This document shows positions 20,107-29,042 of a DNA stretch of 64,000 nt, in pieces. The notes beneath the pieces are model-generated. The model did no database searches and was not told where the DNA came from. It worked only from the letters and a program-made list of their open reading frames with translations. Position 1 is the first letter of the stretch, and the number at the start of each line of letters is the position of its first letter. The position numbers were made by a program, and so were the translations under genes. The DNA is from an uncultured virus (IMG/VR IMGVR_UViG_3300014526_000001) (taxonomy: Duplodnaviria; Heunggongvirae; Uroviricota; Caudoviricetes): the IMG/VR virus record IMGVR_UViG_3300014526_000001, one strand, 5' to 3'.

Positions 20107-21141
20107 GTGGCTTTTAAGATGAAATATTCAATTGGTACTGATTATTTACCTAAAGGAACAAGTAGACGTTCAGGTATAAAAGTTAACAAGGTTCACTTTA
20201 TTGTGCTTCATGATGTTGGTAATGATGGCTACAATAAAACAACAGAACACCGTAACGGAACGACAGCCCGAGGTAATATTAATTACTATAAAAATTCTCC
20301 GAACGAATTTGCGAGTGCTCATACTTTTATTGATGACAAAGAGATTCTAGAGTGTATCCCAGTTATCACAGGTACTCCTGAAAAAGCATGGCACGTTCTT
20401 TACAATAAGACAGTAGATAATCAGATTTATGGTGTTGATGCGAATGACGCAGCCATCGGTGTAGAACTTTGCTATTATCCAGAGGATAAGGCACGATCTA
20501 TCAAAGCATATCAGAAATACATCTGGTATTGTGCCTATCTTGCTTTCTACTTCGGTCTAGATCCACTTAAGTGTTTCTCAGGACACGAGAAGCTGGATCC
20601 AGGACGTAAGGCAGATCCGTCTAATGGACTAAAATGGATTAATAAGACAACAGAGCAATGCATTAAAGACATCATTGCTGAGTACAACGAATGTACGGGT
20701 AAAAGTGACAGCATAGCGCAATCTAGCCCTCAAACAGCTCCATCTTCTGAGGTGATTGGAATAGCTACTGTAAAAGTCGCCTCGTTAAATGTCCGGACAG
20801 AAGCTAGATTCAATGCTCCTATTGTAAAAACAATTAGGAAAGGACAGGCTTATAAAGTTTTCGAGAAGAAGAACGGACTTTACCGAATTGGACAAAGTCA
20901 ATGGTGTTCAGCTGGAGAAGCTTTTGTTACATTTAAATCTATTAGTCATATTGGTGTTATTGAAATTTTGGTTGATTCCCTTAATGTAAGAAATGCTCCA
21001 GACTTCCATGCTCCAATCCTCAAGACAGTAAGTAAGAACACGGAATTGAAAGTGTTTAAAAAAGAAAATGGTATGTACAACTTAGGTGGGAATCATTGGT
21101 GCTCAGCAGGTGAGAAATACGTAAAATTTATTAGGGCGTAA
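20107..21141 (+). CDS. N-acetylmuramoyl-L-alanine amidase (amidase_2) with two SH3b-like domains; probable endolysin
   Basis: IVLHD, ASAHTFID, AWHV, IGVELC, GHEKLDPGRKADP motifs; two LNVR...Y..G...WCSAGE repeats. Confidence 0.85.
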   Translation: MAFKMKYSIGTDYLPKGTSRRSGIKVNKVHFIVLHDVGNDGYNKTTEHRNGTTARGNINYYKNSPNEFASAHTFIDDKEILECIPVITGTPEKAWHVLYNKTVDNQIYGVDANDAAIGVELCYYPEDKARSIKAYQKYIWYCAYLAFYFGLDPLKCFSGHEKLDPGRKADPSNGLKWINKTTEQCIKDIIAEYNECTGKSDSIAQSSPQTAPSSEVIGIATVKVASLNVRTEARFNAPIVKTIRKGQAYKVFEKKNGLYRIGQSQWCSAGEAFVTFKSISHIGVIEILVDSLNVRNAPDFHAPILKTVSKNTELKVFKKENGMYNLGGNHWCSAGEKYVKFIRA

Positions 21142-21160
21142 GTAAAAAATTCCATCAAGT

Positions 21161-21192
21161 TCCTGTAGGCATTTAGCTTGCAGGATTTTTTA
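21161..21192 (+). terminator. Rho-independent terminator
   Basis: TCCTGTAGGC / GCTTGCAGGA stem followed by T-run. Confidence 0.7.
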
Positions 21193-21212
21193 TTAGGAGG
21201 GGAAGGATACGT

Positions 21213-21451
21213 ATGGACTATAGTAAATCAGTAGCTACAAGAGAAATGCTGAAGCACTGCGAATCACGGTTTACATTTGATGAGGCTTCCCTAAATCCTT
21301 TCGATTCGAATAGAAAAGTTAGAGCGGAACCACCAGGTCAAAAGGATGGAATAGCATAAATCCTAATGGTGGAAATCAAGTGTTATTTAATCAAAGAGTG
21401 ATCCTAGATGGAAAGAAAAGCATGAGAATGAAATTAACAATAAAAAAATAA
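21213..21451 (+). pseudogene. Truncated LamG-payload gene
   Basis: RBS and ATG; FTFDEASLNPFDS, then in a shifted frame NGGNQVLFNQRVILDGKKSMRMKL, homologous by eye to the N-terminus of 31902-33317. Confidence 0.55.
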
Positions 21452-21469
21452 AGATCGAGGTGAAATAAC

Positions 21470-22780
21470 TTGGCTTATTTTGCAGGACAAACAACCCTTT
21501 ATGATTACATTAATAAAGTAAACATTCCAAATGGTGATCACACGTTGAATGTTAACGGCGTGGATATTGACATTGAGATGTTTAACTTCGAAGAGGATAT
21601 TATTTACAATGAAAGCCCGATCTTAGGTAGTAATGTATCTGACTCAAAAATGTTGATCTTAAACTATAAAGGGAGTTTGACAATTAACACTGGAGTCATA
21701 ATAACTCCACAAGTTAGAAAGAAAGGTATGACCATAGCAGTCCGCTATAACTTAATCAATCATGGGAAAATATCCATGACGGCCAGAGGTGCTATCTCAG
21801 AAGGGCAGGATATCTATCTATATAAAAACAGAGATGGGACTTTTGAATACATTCCTGCAGTCGGGGGTTCTGGAGGAGTTGCTACATCAGGGGGAGGAAA
21901 CTCACACGGCAATGCCGGCAAAGTAGGTATAAGACGAGGAACTGGTGGAGGAGGTTCAGGTAGTAATTGGGGCACAAATTCAAGACCAAGTGGTCGAGGA
22001 GGATCTGGAACTTCTTACTCTGGTGGTTCTGGCGGTGGAGGTGTTTACAATACATCTGGCACAGGTAGTTATAATGGAGGTTCAGGTAGCGACACGGGAG
22101 GATCTGGCGGTAATGGAACTGCAAAAGGATCTGGAACAGGAGCTTATGGGACCGGCGGTGTCGGTAATGAGCCAGGCAAATCTGGATGGTCTACTACAAG
22201 TACATCCTACATTGGAAACGTTAATAACTCGTATGCGCAAATAGGCACTGGCGGATTGCTTATTGTGTACGCAAAAAATATATTAAATAATGGGAAAATA
22301 GAATCAAATGGTTCTGATACTATCGTGAACTCAAGATATTCTTCAAGCCATACTCGATTCTCAGGGGGAGGAAACTCTGGGGGAGGCTCTATAAACCTCT
22401 TCTACAAAAAAAATTATGAGAGCAATGGTGAGATAATAGCATATGGTGGGACTACTTCAGTTAATATCAAATTTGATTGGGCAGCAATAGGTGGAGATGG
22501 CGGAACAGGATCTATCACCGTACAAAATATACTTCGTTCAGAGAATGTTGTTTTGCATGAAGGTAAATACAAGACGTACAAAGGTAAATGGATAACTGTC
22601 TCAGAAAAAATAGATCAGATTGATTTTGAGACAAACGGAGTTCTATCCGAGGAGTTAAATAGAACAGCCGCAGCTAAAAGCATTGCAATGACAGATAAAG
22701 CGCCTGCTATTCTCTTTGCTGCATTGGAGCTATGCGAATTAAAAAAAATCTTAAATATGAGGGTAGATAGCTATTCCTGA
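21470..22780 (+). CDS. Glycine-rich tail protein plus module A
   Basis: Long GGxGG tract with GGTGGLL / GGGSINL motifs; C-terminus VVLHEGKYKTYKGKWITVS...LNR. Confidence 0.75.
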   Translation: MAYFAGQTTLYDYINKVNIPNGDHTLNVNGVDIDIEMFNFEEDIIYNESPILGSNVSDSKMLILNYKGSLTINTGVIITPQVRKKGMTIAVRYNLINHGKISMTARGAISEGQDIYLYKNRDGTFEYIPAVGGSGGVATSGGGNSHGNAGKVGIRRGTGGGGSGSNWGTNSRPSGRGGSGTSYSGGSGGGGVYNTSGTGSYNGGSGSDTGGSGGNGTAKGSGTGAYGTGGVGNEPGKSGWSTTSTSYIGNVNNSYAQIGTGGLLIVYAKNILNNGKIESNGSDTIVNSRYSSSHTRFSGGGNSGGGSINLFYKKNYESNGEIIAYGGTTSVNIKFDWAAIGGDGGTGSITVQNILRSENVVLHEGKYKTYKGKWITVSEKIDQIDFETNGVLSEELNRTAAAKSIAMTDKAPAILFAALELCELKKILNMRVDSYS

Positions 22781-22891
22781 AGCTCCTTCCTATTAGGAAG
22801 ATTGCATTGAAAATTATTTCCTGTCAATTAAAAATATGTCCCTGAATATAGGTTTTCTATGATAGAAAAATAAAGGATTGAGGTAAAGTAA

Positions 22892-23815
22892 ATGGCGAAT
22901 AAATCTCTCTTTAAAGACTTGGAAGGAATTAAGTCGTACATGCCAACAAGCGAGGAGGATAACTATATTACTGTTAATGGGACAGTTTCATCCTACGCAA
23001 TAAAAACAGGATACACAGCCCCAACCAAAGAGATTACTATTGAACAGTGGCTAAAACCTGATGTCTCTTCAAAAACCATGTCAAGCTTTTCTTATGCTCA
23101 TTCATCATCAGACAATTCAGTTTTACTCTACAATGTAAATAAGAATATTACCCCTCATGTTAACAATTCGACAGCAACAACGGGCTTAAGCCTTCCTTCA
23201 GGAGTTTTTTCACACCTAGCTTTAACATGGAGAAGCTCCGATGGACTGCTTCAAGTATTTATTAATGGCATAAAAAGATATGAGACAAAAAATATTTCTA
23301 AGGGCTTTATAATTCCTTCCGGCGGAGCTGTTGTTTTAGGACAAGAACAAGATAGTGTAGGAGGAAGTTTCCAAGCCACACAGGCCTTTCTTGGAGGTAT
23401 TAGCGAGACAAGAGTGTGGAACAAAGTATTAACAGAAGGAGAAATTAAACAAATGATGCCTGTAAGTTTAACCGGATTAGAAGGAGGCCTTGTTAGTTGC
23501 TGGAGCTTTTCAGAAGGAATAGGAAGTAAGGTATCAGATAAAACGCTAAAAGCTCAAGACTTAACCTTAATAGGAGCTAGCTGGAAAACAGAAGGCGTGC
23601 CGCTAAAAGGGCACTTTAGATGGGGAACGATTGATGATTCTCCTATCTCTAAAGACATGTTTGATGACTATGGTATTCACAGTATGGGTGTATTTAATCG
23701 TAAGCCAATAGCGCAGAAGATTACTGTAAAAAAAGGCGAAGACAAAAAGTTTTTAAGTACCTTAAATTTTAGTGAAATCAATAATGTCTTAGCCATTAAA
23801 ATTGAGGTGAAATAA
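22892..23815 (+). CDS. LamG/pentraxin domain inserted into module A
   Basis: ITIEQW, HLALTWRS, VLGQEQD, ISETRVWN motifs lie between NKSLFKD..GIKSY and WGTIDDSPISKDMFDDYGI. Confidence 0.8.
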   Translation: MANKSLFKDLEGIKSYMPTSEEDNYITVNGTVSSYAIKTGYTAPTKEITIEQWLKPDVSSKTMSSFSYAHSSSDNSVLLYNVNKNITPHVNNSTATTGLSLPSGVFSHLALTWRSSDGLLQVFINGIKRYETKNISKGFIIPSGGAVVLGQEQDSVGGSFQATQAFLGGISETRVWNKVLTEGEIKQMMPVSLTGLEGGLVSCWSFSEGIGSKVSDKTLKAQDLTLIGASWKTEGVPLKGHFRWGTIDDSPISKDMFDDYGIHSMGVFNRKPIAQKITVKKGEDKKFLSTLNFSEINNVLAIKIEVK

Positions 23816-24573
23816 TGAGAGCTCGATATGTATTAATAGAAGTGTATGACTTTTATAGTTCAAATGGTGCCACCATATCAGAAATTGAGTTATTTGACGC
23901 AAATAATAAAAAGATAAATTATAGACCAATCGATGTTTATGATTCTCATACTGGCGGATTACCTAGCTACTGGAACAATGCATCTTTATGGGGCAAAACA
24001 AATCTGAATGACAGTGAGATATCTTATACCGATAACTGGTCAGGTGCATACAGTACTACATTGTTTTTATGGAATGGGTCACCGAACAGAGGCAATTGGG
24101 CAAGGTTTGTTCTAGACTTAGGCGGTTTTATAGATGTTACTCTTATTAATATGTGGGTAGGATCTCCTGAAGGGCGAATTCCTCATAATATTAAAGTCTT
24201 TTTGTCAGAACAATATGATTCCACAAATGTATCTGGAAGACAAAATACAAAACTCAGCTTCATTCAGCAAATAAATTTCACAATGAATAATAAGGCCGTA
24301 AAGCTTTATCAAATTGAAATAGATCCTGAATTGAAGTTTCTTATTGTAAACCAAGAAAAAATAAATACATTCAATACAGAATGGATCACATTAGATGCAT
24401 CAGAAATAACAAAAGATCTAATAGATTCATCTGGTTTTTCAGGATTAAATAAAGTAGATAGAAAATTGGTGGAAATTAACAGTTCAATGATCCAAGATGA
24501 AATTACAAGTACGTATAATACGTTCATTGACCTAAACGAATTTCATAGTGTAATGTCCATAAGAATCAAATAA
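23815..24573 (+). CDS. Circularly permuted discoidin-like payload plus module A
   Basis: Starts ARYVLIEV...ISEIELFD; C-terminus KFLIVNQEKINTFNTEW...FIDLNEFHSVMSIRIK. Confidence 0.7.
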   Translation: MRARYVLIEVYDFYSSNGATISEIELFDANNKKINYRPIDVYDSHTGGLPSYWNNASLWGKTNLNDSEISYTDNWSGAYSTTLFLWNGSPNRGNWARFVLDLGGFIDVTLINMWVGSPEGRIPHNIKVFLSEQYDSTNVSGRQNTKLSFIQQINFTMNNKAVKLYQIEIDPELKFLIVNQEKINTFNTEWITLDASEITKDLIDSSGFSGLNKVDRKLVEINSSMIQDEITSTYNTFIDLNEFHSVMSIRIK

Positions 24574-24758
24574 GAAAAAGAAAAAGACATATCAAGGCTT
24601 CAGAACCCGAAGAGAATAGCAATACAATTAAGCCATAAGACAAATCCACTTTAAATCATGATAAATCAATAAGTAGTATTAAAAATAAGAAAACTACAAT
24701 TCGTCTCACTATTAAAAGCATGCATGTAATAGTGAGATATAATTTAATCCAATATCTA

Positions 24759-24786
24759 ACTACCTATAATATATGTTATGTAAACT
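24759..24786 (+). other. dif: dif-like Xer recombination site
   Basis: ACTACCTATAA-TATATG-TTATGTAAACT versus B. subtilis dif ACTTCCTAGAA-TATATA-TTATGTAAACT as recalled (25/28). Confidence 0.85.
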
Positions 24787-24954
24787 AAAAAAACAAATCT
24801 ATACTTATACATCTTTGTTTTAGAGATCTTTAGATTATTCTTTTGAAATGTTTTTTAGCATCCATTATTAAAGCTATTGTTGCATATAGTCCATCCAGCA
24901 CTAGCCATTGTCCTTGATTATTATGATTATTTGTAATAAAATAAGGTTAAAATA

Positions 24955-25082
24955 ACAAAGATGCAGGTGTTAGCACCACCCACATCTTCGATAGTCGCTC
25001 GCTTGATAAAGCGGCCAGCTTTATGAATGATAAAAGTAATCACCCAATTAGCCGGGACAGCTTACGGGGTGATTACTTTTTT
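24955..25082 (+). ncRNA. Putative antisense antitoxin RNA of a type I TA locus
   Basis: Convergent with the toxin 3' end. Upstream TTGATT...TAAAAT promoter-like sequence; ends in AAAAGTAATCACCC / GGGTGATTACTTTT hairpin. Boundaries approximate. Confidence 0.55.
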
Positions 25083-25171
25083 AATTGAACGATCATGATT
25101 ACAACCATAACTAGTGTTAAGACAAACATGCCGAACCCTAGAATAACGTTTGCTACTTCTATTGTAATCAT
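25073..25171 (-). CDS. Type I toxin, holin-like small hydrophobic peptide (TxpA/BsrG/BsrE-like)
   Basis: MITIEVANVILGFGMFVLTLVMVVIMIVQLKK (32 aa); AAGGAGGTGA RBS overlapped by a CCTTCC/GGAAGG hairpin. Absent from the ORF track. Confidence 0.8.
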   Translation of the reverse strand: MITIEVANVILGFGMFVLTLVMVVIMIVQLKK

Positions 25172-25380
25172 TGGCCTCACCTCCTTCCCTTTCCGGTTGG
25201 AAGGCTTGGCCGCTCACCCCGCTGTATGCAACTATGCTAATAATTATATCAGTTTATAGAAGATTTTTCATCAACTTAATAGACACTATTAACATTACTG
25301 TTATCCTTAATTTCTACAGGTTGACTAGATCGCCTCTAATTTCCAAGAGCTAGTCTATCATTAGCGAAATCCCATATCCT

Positions 25381-25734
25381 TCAGAAATTGTCTTTCAAAG
25401 CTCTATTGAGTAAGGCTACAGATCGATCCAAGTCGTTTTTTACTAGTGCCTTATATGCTTTTACTTTTTCCATATCGCTAATCTGATAAACTGCAACTTC
25501 TTGCATCTCTGTACCCTCTTTGTCTATCCATTTACGTTTAATAAGCCCTTCTTTCAGTAGTTCATGTAAAGACTTGTAAACTTCGGATTTTGTCGGTTTG
25601 TACCCAAGATCATCGAAATAATCGATGAGATCACCTAGGATTTGAAGCCCATAAAGATTACCATGCTCTGCCTTCTGCAACATATAAAGTTTCAGATAAG
25701 CCCTCTGACGTAGAATGAAAGTTGTTCGCCCCAA
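25381..25734 (-). CDS. rtp: Replication terminator protein homologue
   Basis: QRAYLKLYM...LYGL...KP..SEVYKSLHELL...QEVAVYQ...LDR...AL.DNF is collinear with B. subtilis RTP; AAGGAGG RBS. Confidence 0.85.
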   Translation of the reverse strand: MGRTTFILRQRAYLKLYMLQKAEHGNLYGLQILGDLIDYFDDLGYKPTKSEVYKSLHELLKEGLIKRKWIDKEGTEMQEVAVYQISDMEKVKAYKALVKNDLDRSVALLNRALKDNF

Positions 25735-25836
25735 AACAAAACCTCCTTAAAAGCCTGTTCGTGTATATTCTTCAGTTTACCAGATAGTATAGAGCGAGTG
25801 CTATTCTTATTAATAAAGGATTATTTAGAACCATGT

Positions 25837-26748
25837 TCAAGTTGATGACTTAAAAATAATACCTTGGACTTGCTGATACTTTATCAGGTTAATAGATCGA
25901 AAAAATACCTTTCCTTGTTCATCTGTTTTTTTATTTTCCATCTTTAAGGCTATAACAACAGGCCTTCTTTTCAACTCCACTAATATTGATTTACCGTATG
26001 TTTCAATCTTCTCTTTCGTTAAGTCGTTACCTATGTCAATCCACTTCGAATCTAAATATGTCTTATAAGTATCCTTATTAAGAAAAAAGACTTTGTCATC
26101 ATCTATTTCTCCATATGCTTTTATTGCTGCCATTTCCATGTAACCCTTGCTTCTGACCTTTGCATGAACTTTAATAAAGGTAAACTTAAAAGACCTCTCC
26201 AATACAGTTTGTTGCAAAACTTTATCAGCTGTTACTCTTCCTACGGCAACGAGTTTCCAGCTTGGGTCATTTGGCTTGTATTGAACACTCATATCAGTGC
26301 TTTCTGTTGCGTATATTTCATAATCTCCAACGTCTCCATCAGAACTAGCAGAAGCAATATATAGTTCGTTTACAAGAAAGATGATAGCTTCCTTTTGATA
26401 CGCCCGTGGATTAATAATAAAACGGGCAAATCCATTTACTGTATAGTAAGTGCTGATTGTCGTAGATGAGGAGCCAGCTTTTATTGTGCCAGTGTGAGTA
26501 TGTGCGACATCTTTGTCATCATCATTCTCAACTGATCCCTGTACGTGCCAGTGGTTGTTAGGAGTCCACCATGAATCTCCGCTAGTTGGATCTAAATTTG
26601 ATGGTTTATATGAACCTTTAATGTCACCTTCAGCAGTGAACGTTGTATAGTGTGAAGCACCATAAGGATAATCCGCCCAGGTGACTCTTGCTCCATATTC
26701 ATAGTTCAATATGTTCCTATCCATATAGCTTGTCAGTGTCGTAACCAT
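25837..26748 (-). CDS. Jelly-roll-like payload plus module A
   Basis: C-terminus KVFFLNKDTYKTYLDSKW...YG...GKVFFRSINLIKYQQVQGI. Confidence 0.7.
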   Translation of the reverse strand: MVTTLTSYMDRNILNYEYGARVTWADYPYGASHYTTFTAEGDIKGSYKPSNLDPTSGDSWWTPNNHWHVQGSVENDDDKDVAHTHTGTIKAGSSSTTISTYYTVNGFARFIINPRAYQKEAIIFLVNELYIASASSDGDVGDYEIYATESTDMSVQYKPNDPSWKLVAVGRVTADKVLQQTVLERSFKFTFIKVHAKVRSKGYMEMAAIKAYGEIDDDKVFFLNKDTYKTYLDSKWIDIGNDLTKEKIETYGKSILVELKRRPVVIALKMENKKTDEQGKVFFRSINLIKYQQVQGIIFKSST

Positions 26749-26822
26749 TCCTACACCTCTATTTCCAGAATATAATCCGTATTATTAAGAAGCTCGAGGA
26801 ACAATTAACCTCGAACTTCTTT

Positions 26823-27860
26823 TTACATTAGACCTAAATCAGTCAAGTGATAATATTTTTTTAAGTTAATCTTTGTATTGAACAGTTTATCGCTCACAGA
26901 AGATACTCTGTCAATCATTACGACATCACTAACTGTGGATAATCGATTCAATAAATGATGACCATCCATACCATCAGATTTAAATAGAATTTCGTTGGGT
27001 GGCTCATCTGAAACTGACTCCCATTTACAGTTAGTGAGTTTAAGATACTCCCCGTTTAAGTAAATAAAAGACTTATACATTAGCGCAATAAATCCCCATC
27101 CATAAGGGCCACCGCAAACCCCAATGTTCGACCTAGTGTTGTCAGGATCAAGTATAGTGGGACTACCTGTATCAATCAGATTAACTGGCAATGACTTCAA
27201 GACGGAATCATTTTCCGTGATGGTTCGCTGAAGTGAATTTGTAAATGTTCCACCCCCATGAGAATAATCAAACACGCAATTAAGCCATACTCCTTTTCCT
27301 GAGTAGTTTGATGTATACCTTCCATTGCATTTAAAGATGCAGTTGGTTGCTTTTGGGCCGGCAACCAGTTGGTCATTGTAATAGCAAGTAGACCATTTTA
27401 TTGTTCCTTTGTTCTCAATAAACAAATTACGGAAGTTTCCGTTACACCAGCGAAATATAGCATTAGAATAACTGACTGATTTTCCTGGAATAAAATTAAT
27501 CTTCATATTGGATATGACTGTCCCTGCATTAGGTATTTCAAACAAGTTGGCATCCCGACGAATGCCTTTTGTGCCATCAAAATTAATTACAGTGTTTTCA
27601 TTTTCACCCCATATCGCCAATTTCTTGTTATAGTCGTAAAAACAAACACTTCGATAATACGTATCGAGTACGAGATGAGGTGCTTCATAAACACCAGCTT
27701 GAATAAATATTCCATCCCCACTAGCAGCCATTTGAATAGCTTTAATATGGGAATTATAAGGCGCCATCTTGCTTCCATCCCCAGTAGAGTCGTCTCCATC
27801 AGGACTTACATACCAGACTTTATTAAAATCTTTTGGATTTGGTAAGACGTAATTTGGCAA
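26823..27860 (-). CDS. DUF1565-like / beta-helix payload plus module A
   Basis: WYVSPDGDDSTGDGSKMAPY N-terminus; SNIGVCGGPYGW; C-terminus KSFIYLNGEYLK...W...GMD...KLFNTKINLKKY. Confidence 0.75.
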   Translation of the reverse strand: MPNYVLPNPKDFNKVWYVSPDGDDSTGDGSKMAPYNSHIKAIQMAASGDGIFIQAGVYEAPHLVLDTYYRSVCFYDYNKKLAIWGENENTVINFDGTKGIRRDANLFEIPNAGTVISNMKINFIPGKSVSYSNAIFRWCNGNFRNLFIENKGTIKWSTCYYNDQLVAGPKATNCIFKCNGRYTSNYSGKGVWLNCVFDYSHGGGTFTNSLQRTITENDSVLKSLPVNLIDTGSPTILDPDNTRSNIGVCGGPYGWGFIALMYKSFIYLNGEYLKLTNCKWESVSDEPPNEILFKSDGMDGHHLLNRLSTVSDVVMIDRVSSVSDKLFNTKINLKKYYHLTDLGLM

Positions 27861-27927
27861 TAGATTTAACCTCCTTTATTTATGGTTATACGGATTATAT
27901 TTAGTGCTATAGATAACGGGGAATGGC

Positions 27928-28713
27928 TTACTTCAAAATACCGTCAACTTCTAAATTTTTGATGTCAACATATCTGGTAAAATCTATTGTTTTACTAAAT
28001 AGTCTTCCAGAACAAATAGCAAAATCTGAATCGGTCACTTGCTCCCTAAGAGTCTCAACCACTCGATTGTATGATTGCAAATCAAACATGGTAATTCCGT
28101 AACTGTCAAACATATATTTTGAGACAGGAGCAATCCCAGCTACTCGCCAAGAGGAATCGTTATAAGTCTTTATCACTTTTCCCTCTTGAAAAAGAACCCT
28201 CTGACCGATTAAAGTAGTAGACAAAATAATAATAGGTACTGCATCAACAGCCCATGGCCTAAGAGTTTCACTTACAAAAGTTACATTTTTATATATGCTG
28301 TATTTAAATCCTATGGTTCCATCTCCTGTAACTAGTGCAACATCGCTAAAATCATTAAATGACCTAGTGTAGGATGTAGTTGTTCCTAATTTTAATGGAT
28401 AGTCAATTGCTAGATTTACATCTTGCGCTCCTCTAAAGAGCCAATATCTCAGTGTGAACAATGTATTGTTTGCTGGGAAAGCGCTTGTAATCGAAAAGCT
28501 TCCACTTGCTGTTAGTCGTCTATAATATAAATAAACGCCATTTCCAGCTCTACTGCCTATTTTTATATACCCCGACGGCAAAGATGGATCCTTACTTCCC
28601 GCTCCATTTATATAAACCCCTACTACAATAAAATCATCTTTTAGTCCATTGTTTACCACGACAGTTCTTGTTAATCCAGAGATTGATGAAGATTCTATTA
28701 GTTTAATTGCCAT
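27928..28713 (-). CDS. Beta-rich payload plus module A
   Basis: C-terminus RVLFQEGKVIKTYNDSSW...PVSKYMFDSYGI...GRLFSKTIDFTRYVDIKNLEV. Confidence 0.7.
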   Translation of the reverse strand: MAIKLIESSSISGLTRTVVVNNGLKDDFIVVGVYINGAGSKDPSLPSGYIKIGSRAGNGVYLYYRRLTASGSFSITSAFPANNTLFTLRYWLFRGAQDVNLAIDYPLKLGTTTSYTRSFNDFSDVALVTGDGTIGFKYSIYKNVTFVSETLRPWAVDAVPIIILSTTLIGQRVLFQEGKVIKTYNDSSWRVAGIAPVSKYMFDSYGITMFDLQSYNRVVETLREQVTDSDFAICSGRLFSKTIDFTRYVDIKNLEVDGILK

Positions 28714-28739
28714 CGTTTCACTCCCATTTTAATTGTGTG

Positions 28740-28914
28740 TTAAGTTCTTTCAGATGGATTGCTTTTATATTTGGACAGATTCAAAGATTGTGAGGAAGCC
28801 GATCTTGCATAGAATCGAAAATAGGAGTTATATCAGTTAACGGAATAGGGGGCATTTCCGAGATTCTTTTGAATTAATTCCTTACAACGATAATCGTGGT
28901 CCAACTGCCGCTAT
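28740..28914 (-). pseudogene. Internally deleted paralogue of 30719-31900
   Basis: Same AAGGAAGTGAAGT RBS, start mutated to ATA, (I)AAVGPRLS ~ MATIGQQLT, then SEMPPIPLTDIT and SQSLNLSKYKS. Confidence 0.75.
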
Positions 28915-29042
28915 TTTAACTTCACTTCCTTTTAGTACTTTATTACTTAAAAAATAAAAATTAAGCACACCTAAGTTTTGCTGTGCTCCCCAAATGGACT
29001 ACAAAAAAACACGGAGTAGAAAACCGTGTTAGTTTACCAATA

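Noticed and set aside
21850..22510. GGx-rich low-complexity DNA as a repeat array
   Set aside because: Explained by the glycine-rich protein; overlapping ORFs 21882-22124 and 21945-22244 are shadows.
25171..25353. 60-aa plus-strand ORF
   Set aside because: No RBS; it is antisense to the toxin leader and promoter.
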